Source: Sedimentisphaerales bacterium (GTDB taxonomy: Bacteria > Planctomycetota > Phycisphaerae > Sedimentisphaerales > Anaerobacaceae). From it: a stretch of 64,000 bases of DNA. Location: assembly GCA_963708075.1 (NCBI GenBank), contig OY970194.1, positions 1,920,001 to 1,984,000 on the forward strand. Reading direction: 5' to 3'. Both the position numbers and the translations under genes were made by a program. Every line of letters begins with the position of its first letter. Position 1 is the stretch's first letter. Of the stretch, positions 38,613-50,128 are shown in pieces. The notes under the pieces are model-generated. The model was not told the DNA's origin, ran no database searches, and saw only the letters and a program-made list of their open reading frames with translations.

Positions 38613-39576
38613 TTAGACTGCTTCGATCGTTGAAGGAGGCTTTGGAGCTATGTTGTAGGTTACGCTCACTACGCCGGGCACGTCGCGGATGATCTCCCGG
38701 GCGAGATTTTCCAGGATCTCGAATGATAGTCGTGTCGGTGTCGCGGTTCGGGCGTCAATGCTGTCCCAGCAGCGCACCTCGATCTGATAACCGAAGTCGC
38801 GTTTGCCGTCCCGCATTCCGGTGACACGATCCTCGTGCAAAATCGCCATGTACTGAAATGCCCCGGACCCTTTCAGCAGCCTTTCAACGACGGCGGTTGC
38901 CCGGCGAACAGTCGCAACACGTTCCCGCGTCACCTCGCCAATCACCCGAGCCGACAGTGCCGGCCCCGGAAATGGGATACGGTCAAACAGCTCGCTTGGA
39001 AGCCCCAGGGCCTTGCCCACCTTCCGGACACCGTCCTTGCGCAGTTGAATGAGCGGCTCAAGGATACGATAGCCAAAGGCCTCCTGCGGATCGATACCGA
39101 GCTGCGCAAAAACATTGTGCTGCCGCTTGATCCCCGCCACGGTTCTCATCAACGTCCGTCAGGATCGTGCCCTGCAGCAGACACTTGGCTCCACTTTCCC
39201 TGACGATGCGTCCAAAGACATTTCGATAAAAAGTCTGGGTGATCGCTTCACGCTTCTCTTCCGGGTCTGTGATTCCCTTGAGCGCCGCGAAGAACTCATC
39301 CCGAGCGTCGATCACTTCCACCGTCACGCCGAGCTTTCGAAACAGACTCACGACCTGATCGGACTCCCCCTCTCGCATCAGGCCGTTCTCGATGAAGACG
39401 GTCCTGAGCTGCTTACCCAGGGCCCGATGTCCAAGCATTGTGACCGTGGACGAATCGACACCTCCCGAAAGCGCGTTGATCGCCGTTCCCCTCCCGACGG
39501 CATCTTTGATCTCTGCGACCTTCTCGGCGATGAATTGTTCGGTGTCAAGCTTCTGCACGGTAATCTCTGTCATCAT
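38613..39576 (-). CDS. guaA: GMP synthase ATP-pyrophosphatase (B) subunit without glutaminase domain; frameshift at ~39144
   Basis: ALSGGVDS, ENGLMREGE, DPEEKR, LQGTI, IKRQHNV, PFPGPAL..R, KPPSTIE. Confidence 0.8.
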
Positions 39577-39926
39577 GAGGAAAACTCCCTTCCATCTTAC
39601 GGCTTTAGTATAGCACTGCAATCAGCGTTACACGCACGACATCCATCCTCAACGACCGACTCGCCTCAGCCAACTCCGGCGGGGAATGCCCGATAAATTG
39701 CCCCGGCAACCCGCAACTGCTCAGATAGGCATTGGCAACCCGAACGAGCCTCAGGCAAATCGGCCCCATCTTACTGTCCGGGTCCCATGAACTCAAGGTC
39801 TATCGGAAGTAGGACACCGGGACGCCCGGCCCTCCGCCCTATCGCTCTCTCTCGGAGCGACGACAGACACCGTCCCCATGGCCGCCGGAATCGCTATGCA
39901 AGGAGGATTCGTACCCTTCATCGCGA

Positions 39927-41354
39927 TCATGCCTCCTCGACAACTTTCAATCCCATCAGAGGGGCCAAGTCTCTCATGCGCCCGATATGGCTCCCGTAGA
40001 AGACCACCCGATGAAGCAGAGTCATCATGTCATCGCCCAGGACCCCGCCGCCCCAGTTGTGGACCATGTTCTTTGCGTTCGCCACCTCGGTGGTGATTTG
40101 TGTTCGACACCCACGATCATGGAAGTCTGTCAGTTCCACGATCTTACCAGTGGAAATCAGCATCGTGTCCAGATTGACCAACTTGGCACAGGTAATCTCC
40201 TGGCCCACGCGCATCTGGACCTCCAGGGAGACGCCCTGATTGCTGTCGCACTGGGTCCGGATCAGGAACGGGGCTCGCGTGCCGGTCGGGCCATCCAGTT
40301 TCGTCGTCGACGTGCAATGGGCGTGAATGACCGCGTTCCTGGAGGTGTCGAAGAGTGGGTCGCTGATAAAACCGGGCACGCCGAGGGCATAGGCGAAGAG
40401 CAGCATCGTCAGCGTCGAGTCCATGTCCCCTTCGCAGGCGCCAACCAGCCCCAGATCATTCAGCTTGCTGAACGTTAGACAGCCTTTCGCCGGCGCAGCC
40501 ATGCAGTGGGAACTCGTGATCGCCTGGGCACGCTCCTGGATCATGATCTCTTTGATTGCCAGATACAAGCGGGCCGAGTTGATGATGTCCGCCCGTGAGG
40601 GCTCGACGATCTTCTTCGCCTGGCCGATCCAGTACTGCTCGGCCTCCGCCTCCGCCGCCTTCGGATCAACGGCCTTGTGAGCGGATAGAATTCGTTCCTG
40701 GCTGATTGAGACTATCTCGGGACCAAGACGCCGCTTGACCTGCTCGGCCGAACAGGCCGGCGATGTCCCCTTGGCGGCTCCCACAACGATGATCCGTGAC
40801 TGGCGCATCCGCACGGGCACGCGAAGCAGCGCCGCCGCCCGCTCCAAGTCACCGTAATCACTCGATGTCGACAGGATAACCCTCTTGCCCGCCTTCTGCC
40901 AACCAGAGACATACATCCAGTCATGCCCGCTGAAAGGCTGGGAGAATATGGCCGAAGGTAGCCCCGCCTCCACCAGCTTGAGCAACGGCTCGCCGCTGCC
41001 GAAACTCAGATGCACCATGAGCACGGCGTCGGCATCCTTCAACTTGGCCGCAACATCCGCGGCAGCCGGCACGGTGTTGGGAATCAACTCTCCGCCCACG
41101 AACTTGACGTCGCCGAGTCGAGTCTCCACGCCGGCAAGGTAGTCCTTGAACTTCGTGACTTCCGCAGGAGCATCGAACGTCGGCGTAGGCCATGCACCTC
41201 CAGTGCCGACGTAGACAACGTGGATTTTCACCGGGGGCAGCTTCTGCCAACCCTCCTCCGCGGCGACGGCTAACGGCCGGGCGGCCAATCCTCCCGTCAA
41301 CAGTACACCCCCGGCTGCCGCACCAAGGAACTCGCGTCTCGACATCTCTCCCAT
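39927..41354 (-). CDS. Tat-exported L-fucose/L-arabinose isomerase-like protein
   Basis: SRREFLG; ACEGD, AHCT, CRTQ and HRVVFYG motifs. Confidence 0.7.
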   Translation of the reverse strand: MGEMSRREFLGAAAGGVLLTGGLAARPLAVAAEEGWQKLPPVKIHVVYVGTGGAWPTPTFDAPAEVTKFKDYLAGVETRLGDVKFVGGELIPNTVPAAADVAAKLKDADAVLMVHLSFGSGEPLLKLVEAGLPSAIFSQPFSGHDWMYVSGWQKAGKRVILSTSSDYGDLERAAALLRVPVRMRQSRIIVVGAAKGTSPACSAEQVKRRLGPEIVSISQERILSAHKAVDPKAAEAEAEQYWIGQAKKIVEPSRADIINSARLYLAIKEIMIQERAQAITSSHCMAAPAKGCLTFSKLNDLGLVGACEGDMDSTLTMLLFAYALGVPGFISDPLFDTSRNAVIHAHCTSTTKLDGPTGTRAPFLIRTQCDSNQGVSLEVQMRVGQEITCAKLVNLDTMLISTGKIVELTDFHDRGCRTQITTEVANAKNMVHNWGGGVLGDDMMTLLHRVVFYGSHIGRMRDLAPLMGLKVVEEA

Positions 41355-41524
41355 GGGTTGCATCTCCTTTGTCTTGCCAACTTGTGGATGGATACGTGCA
41401 CGGTTCGCCTGATAGCGTAATCTGGTCCCCTCCGGATTTCCATGACATTTTTTGCGCCGTCTTCCTTGACACTACTTCCCCGTCACTCGTCCCGGGCGGC
41501 TGCTCATTGACGTTGAGAGCCGGG

Positions 41525-42895
41525 TCAAATCTCCGTCCATTGCCCTGGAATCGGCACCGGGTAGCGGCCCTGGCCATCGGCTTGAACCGGCGGTGGGCTG
41601 TCGTCGGTGAGACTGTCAATCGTCGGACAGAACCGAAAGTTGGAGGCCATCGCCTCGTCCCACGTGATGATCTTGCCGGAGTGGGCCGCCGCCCGACCCA
41701 TGATATCTGTGAGATTTGACAAAGCAGCGCGTTTGGCTTCGTTGTGCGGACGGTTGTTGCGGATGGCATCGAGCAGCACGTCCCACTCCGCCTGCCAGGG
41801 CGTGGCAACTTCCTTCGGGGCACGCCAGCCGATGTTGTCGTTCGCACATCGCTGGTCTTTGTAGATGTGCACCGTGCCTTCATGGTTGCTGCCGGAGAAC
41901 TGCGCTGCGCATTTCGTCCCATGAATGTAGGTGGCGAACTCCGTCTGGCAATTCGGCAGCCAACGGACGATATCGAACGCCTTGGTACCATCGGGGAACG
42001 TCCACTCCATGGTAAACGAGTCGAGGTTCTGGCCGCAGTCGGTGCTGTTCGCCACGCGACCGCCGATACCGTGCGCGGACACCGGCCACGCATCCTTGAT
42101 CCAGCAGATCTCATCGATCTGATGAATATCCATCTCCGCGAATAGTCCGCCTGAGACCCACAGGAACTGCGTGAAGTTTCGAATTTGCCAATGCAGGTCC
42201 TTCACAGCGGCAGGCCGCGGGCCCAACGGCGAACACGGCTGCATCCGGTAGGCACGAATGAGCTGGATGTCGCCAAGCTGGCCATCGCGAATGCGTTTGA
42301 TCAGTTCCTGGCGATTTCGTGAGTGGCGGCACTGCAAGCCGGCCGCGATCTTAAGGTTCTTTTTCTCGGCTGCCTCTCCCGCTTCGATCACCCGTCGCAC
42401 GGCCGGCGGATCCGTCGCAAACGACTTCTCCATGAACACGTTGACACCCTTCTGGACGGCGTATTCCAGTTGCCTCGGCCGAAATCCCGCGTACCCGGTC
42501 AGCATTGCCACGTCACCGGGACGCAGACAGTCAATCGCCTCCCTCCAGGCATCGAAACCCACGAATCGCCGCTCCGGCGGGACATCCACCCGCGCACCAT
42601 ATTGTTCACTCAGAACCTTCTGGGCATTCACCAGCCGATCCTTGAAGAAGTCGGCCATCGCCACCAGTCTGACCGGGCCGTTCGGCGAGTCAAACGCATT
42701 CGCCGCCGCCCCGCAGCCACGCCCGCCACAGCCGATCAGGGCCAGCCGAATAGTATTGTCCTCCCCTGCATACACCGAAGGGATCCTTACTCCTGTCAAT
42801 GCGGATGCTGCAACCATCTTCCCGCTCCACTTCAAGACGTCGCGACGTGAGGATTGCTGCTGCGTTGAGTTCGAGGTGTGAGAGTCTTGTTTCAT
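41525..42895 (-). CDS. Tat-exported Gfo/Idh/MocA oxidoreductase
   Basis: SRRDVLK; LIGCGGRG, FMEKS, EMDIHQID. Confidence 0.9.
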   Translation of the reverse strand: MKQDSHTSNSTQQQSSRRDVLKWSGKMVAASALTGVRIPSVYAGEDNTIRLALIGCGGRGCGAAANAFDSPNGPVRLVAMADFFKDRLVNAQKVLSEQYGARVDVPPERRFVGFDAWREAIDCLRPGDVAMLTGYAGFRPRQLEYAVQKGVNVFMEKSFATDPPAVRRVIEAGEAAEKKNLKIAAGLQCRHSRNRQELIKRIRDGQLGDIQLIRAYRMQPCSPLGPRPAAVKDLHWQIRNFTQFLWVSGGLFAEMDIHQIDEICWIKDAWPVSAHGIGGRVANSTDCGQNLDSFTMEWTFPDGTKAFDIVRWLPNCQTEFATYIHGTKCAAQFSGSNHEGTVHIYKDQRCANDNIGWRAPKEVATPWQAEWDVLLDAIRNNRPHNEAKRAALSNLTDIMGRAAAHSGKIITWDEAMASNFRFCPTIDSLTDDSPPPVQADGQGRYPVPIPGQWTEI

Positions 42896-43670
42896 AGCGA
42901 GTTCTCCGTAGTGCATAGCGCCCGGGTTGCCGGCCCTGACTTGCACACTATCATGATACTTTACTGGAGAGCCCGCAAGGGATTATTCTGGCTCGGGAAA
43001 CTGCCTCGGATTGCCTTCATATGTGGCCACGGTCGCTCCTGGCTTTCACATGTCTTCACGCTCATCCAAGACGCTCGTCCCGGGAGCCTCTCCATCGCTA
43101 ACCTGCGACGGAGACCTGGGCGCAAGCGCAGGTGAATCTCCAGCCTCAGCCATGGGCGGTCAATGCCATCACCTGCAATCATCTCCACTCCGGCCAATCA
43201 TGGGGTGTCAGCGATTTTCCGTTCATACCGCATTTTACGGAATTGGGATGTTGACGTCTTCGCGCAACGAGGTGTGATTCTTTCTCTAAAGAGATCCTAT
43301 TTTCAGGAATCTATTCATTGTCAGCCGCCTCGTATCTCGGGTCAATTTAGGGTCAAAGTACGATCCTATTCGTGTCTTTATAGATGTTCCCTATCACCCG
43401 GCTCGATGTGAAAATCGCGTTAGAGCGCGTGTAATCTATTGAGCAAGAAGGAATAAGAACGTGGGAAGCGAGTTATAGAAGCAATTGGCGGCGGCTGTAA
43501 CTGCCCTGTTTTTGTTGGGCAATGCCTGTGCGTCGGCAGAGTCGGTTACAGCCAGCCGATCATCGAGACCATCGAAGATACGCACGTTCTCGACCAGTAT
43601 GGTCGACGTATCCGCCGTAACCGGTGCGGCATCCGGCATTACTGCCGTAACCAGCACGCGACACCCGGCA

Positions 43671-45254
43671 TCAACTGTCGAGGATTTCCTCTGCTCGCCC
43701 TTCATCCACCTCCATGATATACCGAAGGCCCGTAATCTCGGCCGCATCGGAGGTGAGCGCCGCGACGTCATCGCGGGACACGTGTTCCAGCGAGAATTTT
43801 CTGCAGCCGGCCATCAACTGGCGCAGGCCCTGGGCCAATCGTTCATAGTACGTGTACAGGCCAATGGCGCCTGTGGGAATCTTCTCGAAGTCACCGTTGC
43901 CGAATTCCTTTCGCAGTCCGCTTGCGGTGACGAAGATTTCCTCCCTCGTCGAGCCGAAGCGCTCCACATAGACGGGAAGCTGATGGGCATCGATCGCCCG
44001 GCCAATCGTCTTGCCCACCATGGCCGCCGCCACCGGACCGCGAGCCATCCCAATCATCTTGACGTAGGGAGCCCCCAGGGCTAATCCCTTGAAGATCAGG
44101 TCTTCGAACGTGAAGCCGCCTCCGACCGCGATCGCCGGCAGGTATCGGTTCTTGTCCGCCAGGCGCTTGGCGTACGTGTAGAGAAGCGAATGCAGGTGCA
44201 CCGGCGGCACGCCCCACTCATTCATCATTCGCCACGGACTCATGCCCGTTCCGCCCGAGGCCCCGTCCACGGTGAGCAGGTCGAGCTTACACTTGGAGGC
44301 AAAGCTCAAGGCCCGCGCCAGGTCGGCAGGCCGGTACGCGCCTGTCTTCAGGAAGATGTACTTGGCCCCGGCATGGCGAAGCTCTTCGATTCTCCGAGCA
44401 AATGATTCTTCCGACACCATCCCGACGCGGGAGTGCCGCTCGAATTCCTTGAAATTGCCGTTCTGGAACGCCTCGATGACGGCGGGATTCGTCGGGTCCG
44501 GCAGAACAATGTATCCGCGCTCATGCAGGAGCTGCGCCTTCTTCAAATCCCTGATTTTCACCTCTCCGCCGATATCCTTGGCGCCCTGTCCCCATTTGAT
44601 CTCGACGCACTCGACACCAAGCTCCTGTATCGCGTATTCATGCACACTGAGACGGGTATCCTCGACGTTGGCCTGGACGATGATCGCTCCGAAGCCATCG
44701 CGCTGGTGGTCGCGATATAGTTTCACGCGTCGCTTGAGATCGACAGTATCGAGCACCCGGCCGTTCTTAATGCTGGCTTGAGTATCCATGCCTGCGACGT
44801 TCTCACCGATCGTCAGGCCGGTCCCCGCCAGGGCCGACCCGATGGCCAATCCCTCCCAGTTGTTCTTGGCGATATCCGTGGATCCGATCCCGGAGATCAG
44901 CCACGGGTATCGGAACTTGATCCCCTTGTCGTGGCCGATTCTCACCTCGAGGTTCACGGCCGGAAAGATCGCCTTGTCGCTGTCCGCCTCGATCCCGTGA
45001 GCGCCGACGCACGTACCCATGATGTTCAGATGCGAGTAATCCACCGGGTAGACTTTCTCCGACGCCGTTGTGATGACGCCGAAGGGCTGCGGGTAGATCA
45101 CCTCATGGCCGCGATAGGCGGATTTGCCGATCTCGCACATGCCGATGCAGCCGTCCACGCAGGTAACGCACATGCCCGAGCTCGGCGTCACCGAGCCTTC
45201 CGTTCTGTTCTTCGTAAGCGTGGCGGCAGAAGAGTTCACTCTCGAAAGGGACAT
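43671..45254 (-). CDS. stand-alone FMN-binding glutamate synthase (GltB FMN domain) family protein
   Basis: EIKWGQGAKDIGGE, LKTGAY, VDGASGGTGMSP; N-terminal CxxCxxGCxGxC. Confidence 0.88.
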   Translation of the reverse strand: MSLSRVNSSAATLTKNRTEGSVTPSSGMCVTCVDGCIGMCEIGKSAYRGHEVIYPQPFGVITTASEKVYPVDYSHLNIMGTCVGAHGIEADSDKAIFPAVNLEVRIGHDKGIKFRYPWLISGIGSTDIAKNNWEGLAIGSALAGTGLTIGENVAGMDTQASIKNGRVLDTVDLKRRVKLYRDHQRDGFGAIIVQANVEDTRLSVHEYAIQELGVECVEIKWGQGAKDIGGEVKIRDLKKAQLLHERGYIVLPDPTNPAVIEAFQNGNFKEFERHSRVGMVSEESFARRIEELRHAGAKYIFLKTGAYRPADLARALSFASKCKLDLLTVDGASGGTGMSPWRMMNEWGVPPVHLHSLLYTYAKRLADKNRYLPAIAVGGGFTFEDLIFKGLALGAPYVKMIGMARGPVAAAMVGKTIGRAIDAHQLPVYVERFGSTREEIFVTASGLRKEFGNGDFEKIPTGAIGLYTYYERLAQGLRQLMAGCRKFSLEHVSRDDVAALTSDAAEITGLRYIMEVDEGRAEEILDS

Positions 45255-45277
45255 CGCAGGGTACCTCCTTTGTTCCT

Positions 45278-45955
45278 TTATGGCTTCTTGATTTCACAGG
45301 CAACGCATGGATCCATGTAACACATCATGTCATCGAACGGGTCCTTCTCCAGGCACGGCGGACTGAGATTGGCGCACCCGCCACAGACTGCCTTTTGCGG
45401 CTCCGTATAGGTGCACCGCAGCGAACAGGCCGGACATACGTAGATGCACCCTCCACATTGCCGGCAGACTTCCGAGGGCACATCAAAAGGAGTTCCAATA
45501 CTGCGGTTTTGTCCCCTCCCTCGGAAGCCGATGGCCTTGGCCATCATCTGCTCCCCGCACATGTGCACGCACCGGCCGCAAAGGATGCACTCTTCATATT
45601 CCTGTCGAAACCGCTGCTGCCTCACCTCGTACTTCGAGGCCAGGTCTTGGATGGTTTTAGACTGGGGGCAGGAGGCCAGCAGCAGCTCGATGATCATCTT
45701 GCGCGCCCGAACGACCCGCGAGGAGGCGGTACGCACCTTCAGTCCCGGCTCCGCCGGATAGGTGCAGGAAGACACGAGCTTCGCACCCGGGCCTTCGCCG
45801 ATCTCCACGACGCAAAGCCGGCACGCCCCGTACGGCGTCAGCCCCTCCATGTGACAGAGCGTAGGGATGGGAAAGCCCAGGAACCTCGCGGCATCGAGAA
45901 CGGTTGACCCCTTCTCGACGCTGACATCCAGTCCGTTTATGGTGAGCGTTATCAT
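45278..45955 (-). CDS. HydA/NuoG N-terminal-like Fe-S subunit (2Fe-2S plus 4Fe-4S), no catalytic domain
   Basis: IPTLC..GACRLCVVE..SC; CILCGRCV..C; CRQCGGCIYVCP; Cys-rich tail. Confidence 0.88.
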   Translation of the reverse strand: MITLTINGLDVSVEKGSTVLDAARFLGFPIPTLCHMEGLTPYGACRLCVVEIGEGPGAKLVSSCTYPAEPGLKVRTASSRVVRARKMIIELLLASCPQSKTIQDLASKYEVRQQRFRQEYEECILCGRCVHMCGEQMMAKAIGFRGRGQNRSIGTPFDVPSEVCRQCGGCIYVCPACSLRCTYTEPQKAVCGGCANLSPPCLEKDPFDDMMCYMDPCVACEIKKP

Positions 45956-48900
45956 GCCTGGTTCTCTCCGATGGCGGCCTGCTGTGCACGAGCGGCCTGC
46001 TGAGTGAATGCGAGATCGCACCGCAGACACCGCCGGGCCTCCGCCCTGGCCTGCTCCTCAGACAGGGACCGTTCGACCTCATTGAAGTTCTTTCTTCGTC
46101 CCTTGACGGGCAGCGCCGGCGGGACCGCCCGGGCCGCGTTCTCCAGCTCCTCCTCGCCAACGACGGTGGGCTCAAGGAACACGGTCGGCAGTTTCACGCC
46201 GGCCGGGCCCACCAAAGGCTCGTCTTGCAGGTACCGGTCGATAACACGCACGGCCCTCTTGCCCGCGGCAATCGCGTCGACAACCGTATTCGGGCCGGTC
46301 GCCAGGTCTCCCCCGGCAAAAACACCCTCCATGTTCGTGGCGAGTGTCTTCGGATAAATTTTGACCCTCCCGGCCTTGTCCACCTCCAGACCCATGGCGG
46401 CCAGGCAGTCGCTTTGCGGACGTTCGCCGATGGCGACAATCAACGTGTCGAGCGGAAGCGTGAACTCGGTTCGCGGCACCGGGACAGGCTTGCGCCGGCC
46501 GCTCGCATCCAACTCGCCCAGACGGTTCCGGACACACTTGATGCCCACCAGACGTCCCTCCCGCGAGTAGATCCGCACGGGCGACACAAGCGTCTCCAGC
46601 GCCACGCCCTCCCGGAGGGCCGCCTCGATCTCCTCCTGGCGCACGTGAATCTTGACCGGAGACACCAGCGTCTCGATCGTCACTCCCTCCTCCAGGGCGG
46701 CTTCGACTTCCTCTTCATAGGCGGGCATCTCGTCCCGCGTGCGCCGGTACAGGAGTGTGACGCTCGTGACTTTCTTCTGCCGCAGCGCCACGCGGGCGGC
46801 ATCGACCGCGGAATTCCCGCCGCCGACGATTCCTACGTGCCCATACGCCAACTCTTCGCCTCGGAGATTGAACGCCTTGAGGAACTGCATGGAGGGATAG
46901 ACGCCCTCCAGATCCTCTCCTTCGAGGTCCAGCCGCCAGCTTTCGTGCGCTCCATCGCCAGGAAAACCGCCTGGAATCCCTCGGCGAAAAGCTCCTGGAT
47001 GTTGGCATCCTTGCCGAAGACAACGCCGTGCCGCAGCCGGATGTTCTCGTTCATCAGAGTCTTGATTTCTGCGCGGACGATTCCTCTCGGCAGCCGGTAG
47101 GCGGGCAGTGAACAGGCGAGCATGCCGCCGGGCTCCTGCTCCGCCTCGAGTATGGTGACTTTGTACCCGAGAAGAGACAAGCCGTGTGCGGCCGTAAGTC
47201 CCGCCGGACCTGCGCCAACCACCGCCACCTTCTTCGCATGGCCATTCGTCCCGCATCGCACTTCGGGGTGGTATGCCGCCGGATCTACGTGGTCGGTCAC
47301 GAACCGCTTCATCGCGCGCACCGCGATGGATTCGCCTCCGCCGACGCCCAGGCTGCAGCGATGCTCGCACTTGCGATCGCAGACCCTGGCGCTGACGGCC
47401 GGGAACGGGTTTGCCTCGCGGATGATCCGGTACGCCTGTTCGTATTGCCCCTTTTCGATCAGCGCGACATAGCGCCACGGCTCGGTATCCACGGGGCAGG
47501 CCGCCTGGCAGGGCGCTCCGACCAGGCTCTTGCAGACGAACGCATCGCACCGCTTGTCCTCGATGTGCCGGCGATACTCCTCTCGAAAATACTTGAGCGT
47601 GCTCAACACCGGGTTGGGAGCGGACTGGCCCAGGCCGCACATGGTCGTGTCTTTTACAACGCGGGCGAGTTCCTCGAGAAGATCCAAATGGGATAGTGTT
47701 CCTTTGCCGAGCGTGATATCTTCAAGGATCTCATGCATCCGCTGCGTGCCCTTGCGGCAGGTGAGGCACTTGCCGCAGGACTCGTCCTTGAGGAAGTTCA
47801 TGAAGTATCGGGCGACGTCCACCATGCAGGTGTTTTCGTCCATGACGATCATGCCGCCGGAGCCCATGATCGAGCCAACCTTGGTCAAACTGTCGTAGCT
47901 GATGGGCAGATCGAACAGGGAGGCCGGGATACATCCACCCGAAGGCCCACCCGTCTGTACCGCCTTGACCCGGGTCTTTCCGATCGGCCCCCCGCCAATC
48001 TCATGAACCACTTCTTTGATCGGCGTGCCCAGGGGGACTTCCACGAGGCCGGTATTCCGGATCTTGCCGACCAGGGAGAAGATTTTCGTCCCGGTGTTGC
48101 CGTCGACGCCGATCGCGGCGAACGCGTCGGCACCGTGGCGAATGATGAAAGGCACGTTGGCTAACGTCTCGACGTTGTTGATGCAGGTTGGGGCGCCGAA
48201 GATGCCCTTGGCAATCGGGTACGGCGGGCGCTGCCGTGGCTCCCCCATCCGTCCTTCGATGGATTTGATCATGGCCGTCTCTTCACCACAGACGAAGGCC
48301 CCGGCGCCTCGCACGATGTCAATATCGAATCGAATTCCGGATCCAAGGATATTGTCGCCCAGCAGTCCCATGTCGCGGGCCTGCCGCAGCGCGATCTGCG
48401 AGTGCTTGATCGCCAGGGGATACTCGCTGCGGACGTAGATGACGCCGTGGGTGGCCCCGATGGCGACGGCGGCAATGGTCATGCCTTCGATGATGGCGTG
48501 CGGGTTGCCTTCCAGAAGACTGCGGTCCATGTAGGCGCCCGGGTCTCCTTCGTCCGCGTTGCACACGACGAATTTCTTACCAGCGACCATGGCCGCTCTC
48601 CTGGCCAACTCCCATTTCTTGCCTGTCGGGAAGCCTGCTCCGCCCCGGCCGCGCAGCCCCGATCGTTTGACCTCCTCGACAATCCACTCGGGATTCAAGC
48701 GGTCGAGCACCTTAAGGAGGGCTTCGTATCCGCCCTCCCTGATGTAGTCGAGGATGCGGATCGGATCGATTCGCTGATTGGTGCCGAGGATGATTCGTTT
48801 CTGTCCCTTGAAGAACGGGATCTCCTCCTGGCAACCGCACTTTCGGGTTGTGCCCGGCTCGCGATAGAGCAGTTCCTCGACCACCTCACCCTTGAGCACG

Positions 48901-49202
48901 GCATCGATGATCCGGGGGACGTGCTTCATCTCGAGCTTGGGATAGACGGCATGTCCCGGCTCCACGACGATGAACGGGTCCATCTCGCAGAACCCGAGGC
49001 AGCCCGTGATCCGCAGCGAGAGGCGATCACCAAGATTGCGTTCGATGATCTGCCTCTTGATAATGCGAATCAGGTCGTTGGAGCCGCTCGCTTGTCCGCC
49101 GGTGCCCGCGCAGATAATGAGGCATGGTTTCCCAACGCCCTGCCTGCCCGTAATCGTATGGCAGAAATCTCTGAAATCAGTGGTCGACTTCATCCTTCCC
49201 AT
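45952..49202 (-). CDS. NuoF/HydB-like flavoprotein fused to a GltD/NfnB-like FAD oxidoreductase; frameshift at ~46952
   Basis: GLRGRGGAGFP, CNADEGDPGA, GAFVCGEE, ESCGKC..CR; then PC..ACP, VCDRKCE..C, GAGPAG, GGGNSAVDAAR, FAGGD. Confidence 0.88.
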
Positions 49203-50077
49203 TATGCTTTTTCCCCCTCTTTGGAAGCATCGTGCATTGTCGTCAGGAGGTCGAGCCTGTGTCCCGGACATCCACGTCTTGCACAAATATGCAGCGTGGC
49301 GTACTTCCCTGCTGTCATCATGGCCATCGTCGCACCACATTCGGGGCAATCCGACCCGCCGGAGAGTTCCCGTGCGCAATGCGGACATGAGATTACAGCC
49401 AATGCACCGCCGGGAACCTCGCCGTCACAATCCACATTGGCGCTCCCGTAGAAAGCGGACAGATGCAGGACGCCTGCTCTTCCCGCGAATGAGGTGGCGA
49501 GCTTGATGGAGGCATGACCATCTATCGCATGCCCGGCATCCATCAGGGTGCGACCGCACCGGGGGCAACTCGCGCTGATTGGAAATACCCGGTTGTCGAC
49601 GCCCGCGCCGGATTGCGGGAAACCGTCCCGAGCCTGTTCCAGGATATGCTGGACCTTGGCGGTCGTGAAATGCCGGAAATAGTGATGGTCCACAACTACG
49701 GTCGGCCCCAAAGCGCAGGCACCGAGGCAGTTCACCGTCTCCAGGGAAAACTCCTTATCCTGTGTCGTTTCTCCCGGCCCAATGCCAAGTTGTCGGCTGA
49801 ACTCCTCCGCGATCTTTGGAGCGCCTCGCACGTGGCACGCGGTGCCCAGGCACACCGATACGAGGTGTTTCCCGCGAGGTTTCAGACTGAAGGCTCTGTA
49901 AAACGTGGCGACCGCGTATATGTCGGTCAGAGAGTCGCCTGTCGCCGCTGCGATCCGGCGCAAGGCCTCCTGTGGCAGATACCCATACTTCGCCTGGACG
50001 TCGCTGAGAATGGACAGCATGCCTCCCAGCGAGCCGTGATGCTGTGCGACGATTTCCTCAACTACTTGGTCATCCAT
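49202..50077 (-). CDS. NuoE/HydC-like 2Fe-2S subunit with C-terminal Cys-rich (Zn-ribbon-like) extension
   Basis: VATFY, VCLGTACHVRG, NCLGACALGP; extra CPRC/CPHC/CPEC/CARRGC. Confidence 0.9.
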   Translation of the reverse strand: MDDQVVEEIVAQHHGSLGGMLSILSDVQAKYGYLPQEALRRIAAATGDSLTDIYAVATFYRAFSLKPRGKHLVSVCLGTACHVRGAPKIAEEFSRQLGIGPGETTQDKEFSLETVNCLGACALGPTVVVDHHYFRHFTTAKVQHILEQARDGFPQSGAGVDNRVFPISASCPRCGRTLMDAGHAIDGHASIKLATSFAGRAGVLHLSAFYGSANVDCDGEVPGGALAVISCPHCARELSGGSDCPECGATMAMMTAGKYATLHICARRGCPGHRLDLLTTMHDASKEGEKA

Positions 50078-50128
50078 CGGAACCTCTTGTCGGTAGGGAA
50101 TGTCGGCCCTCGCGGCGGCGACATCCTT

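Noticed and set aside
45278..50077. Respiratory complex I or [FeFe]-hydrogenase
   Set aside because: No membrane Nuo subunits and no H-cluster motifs
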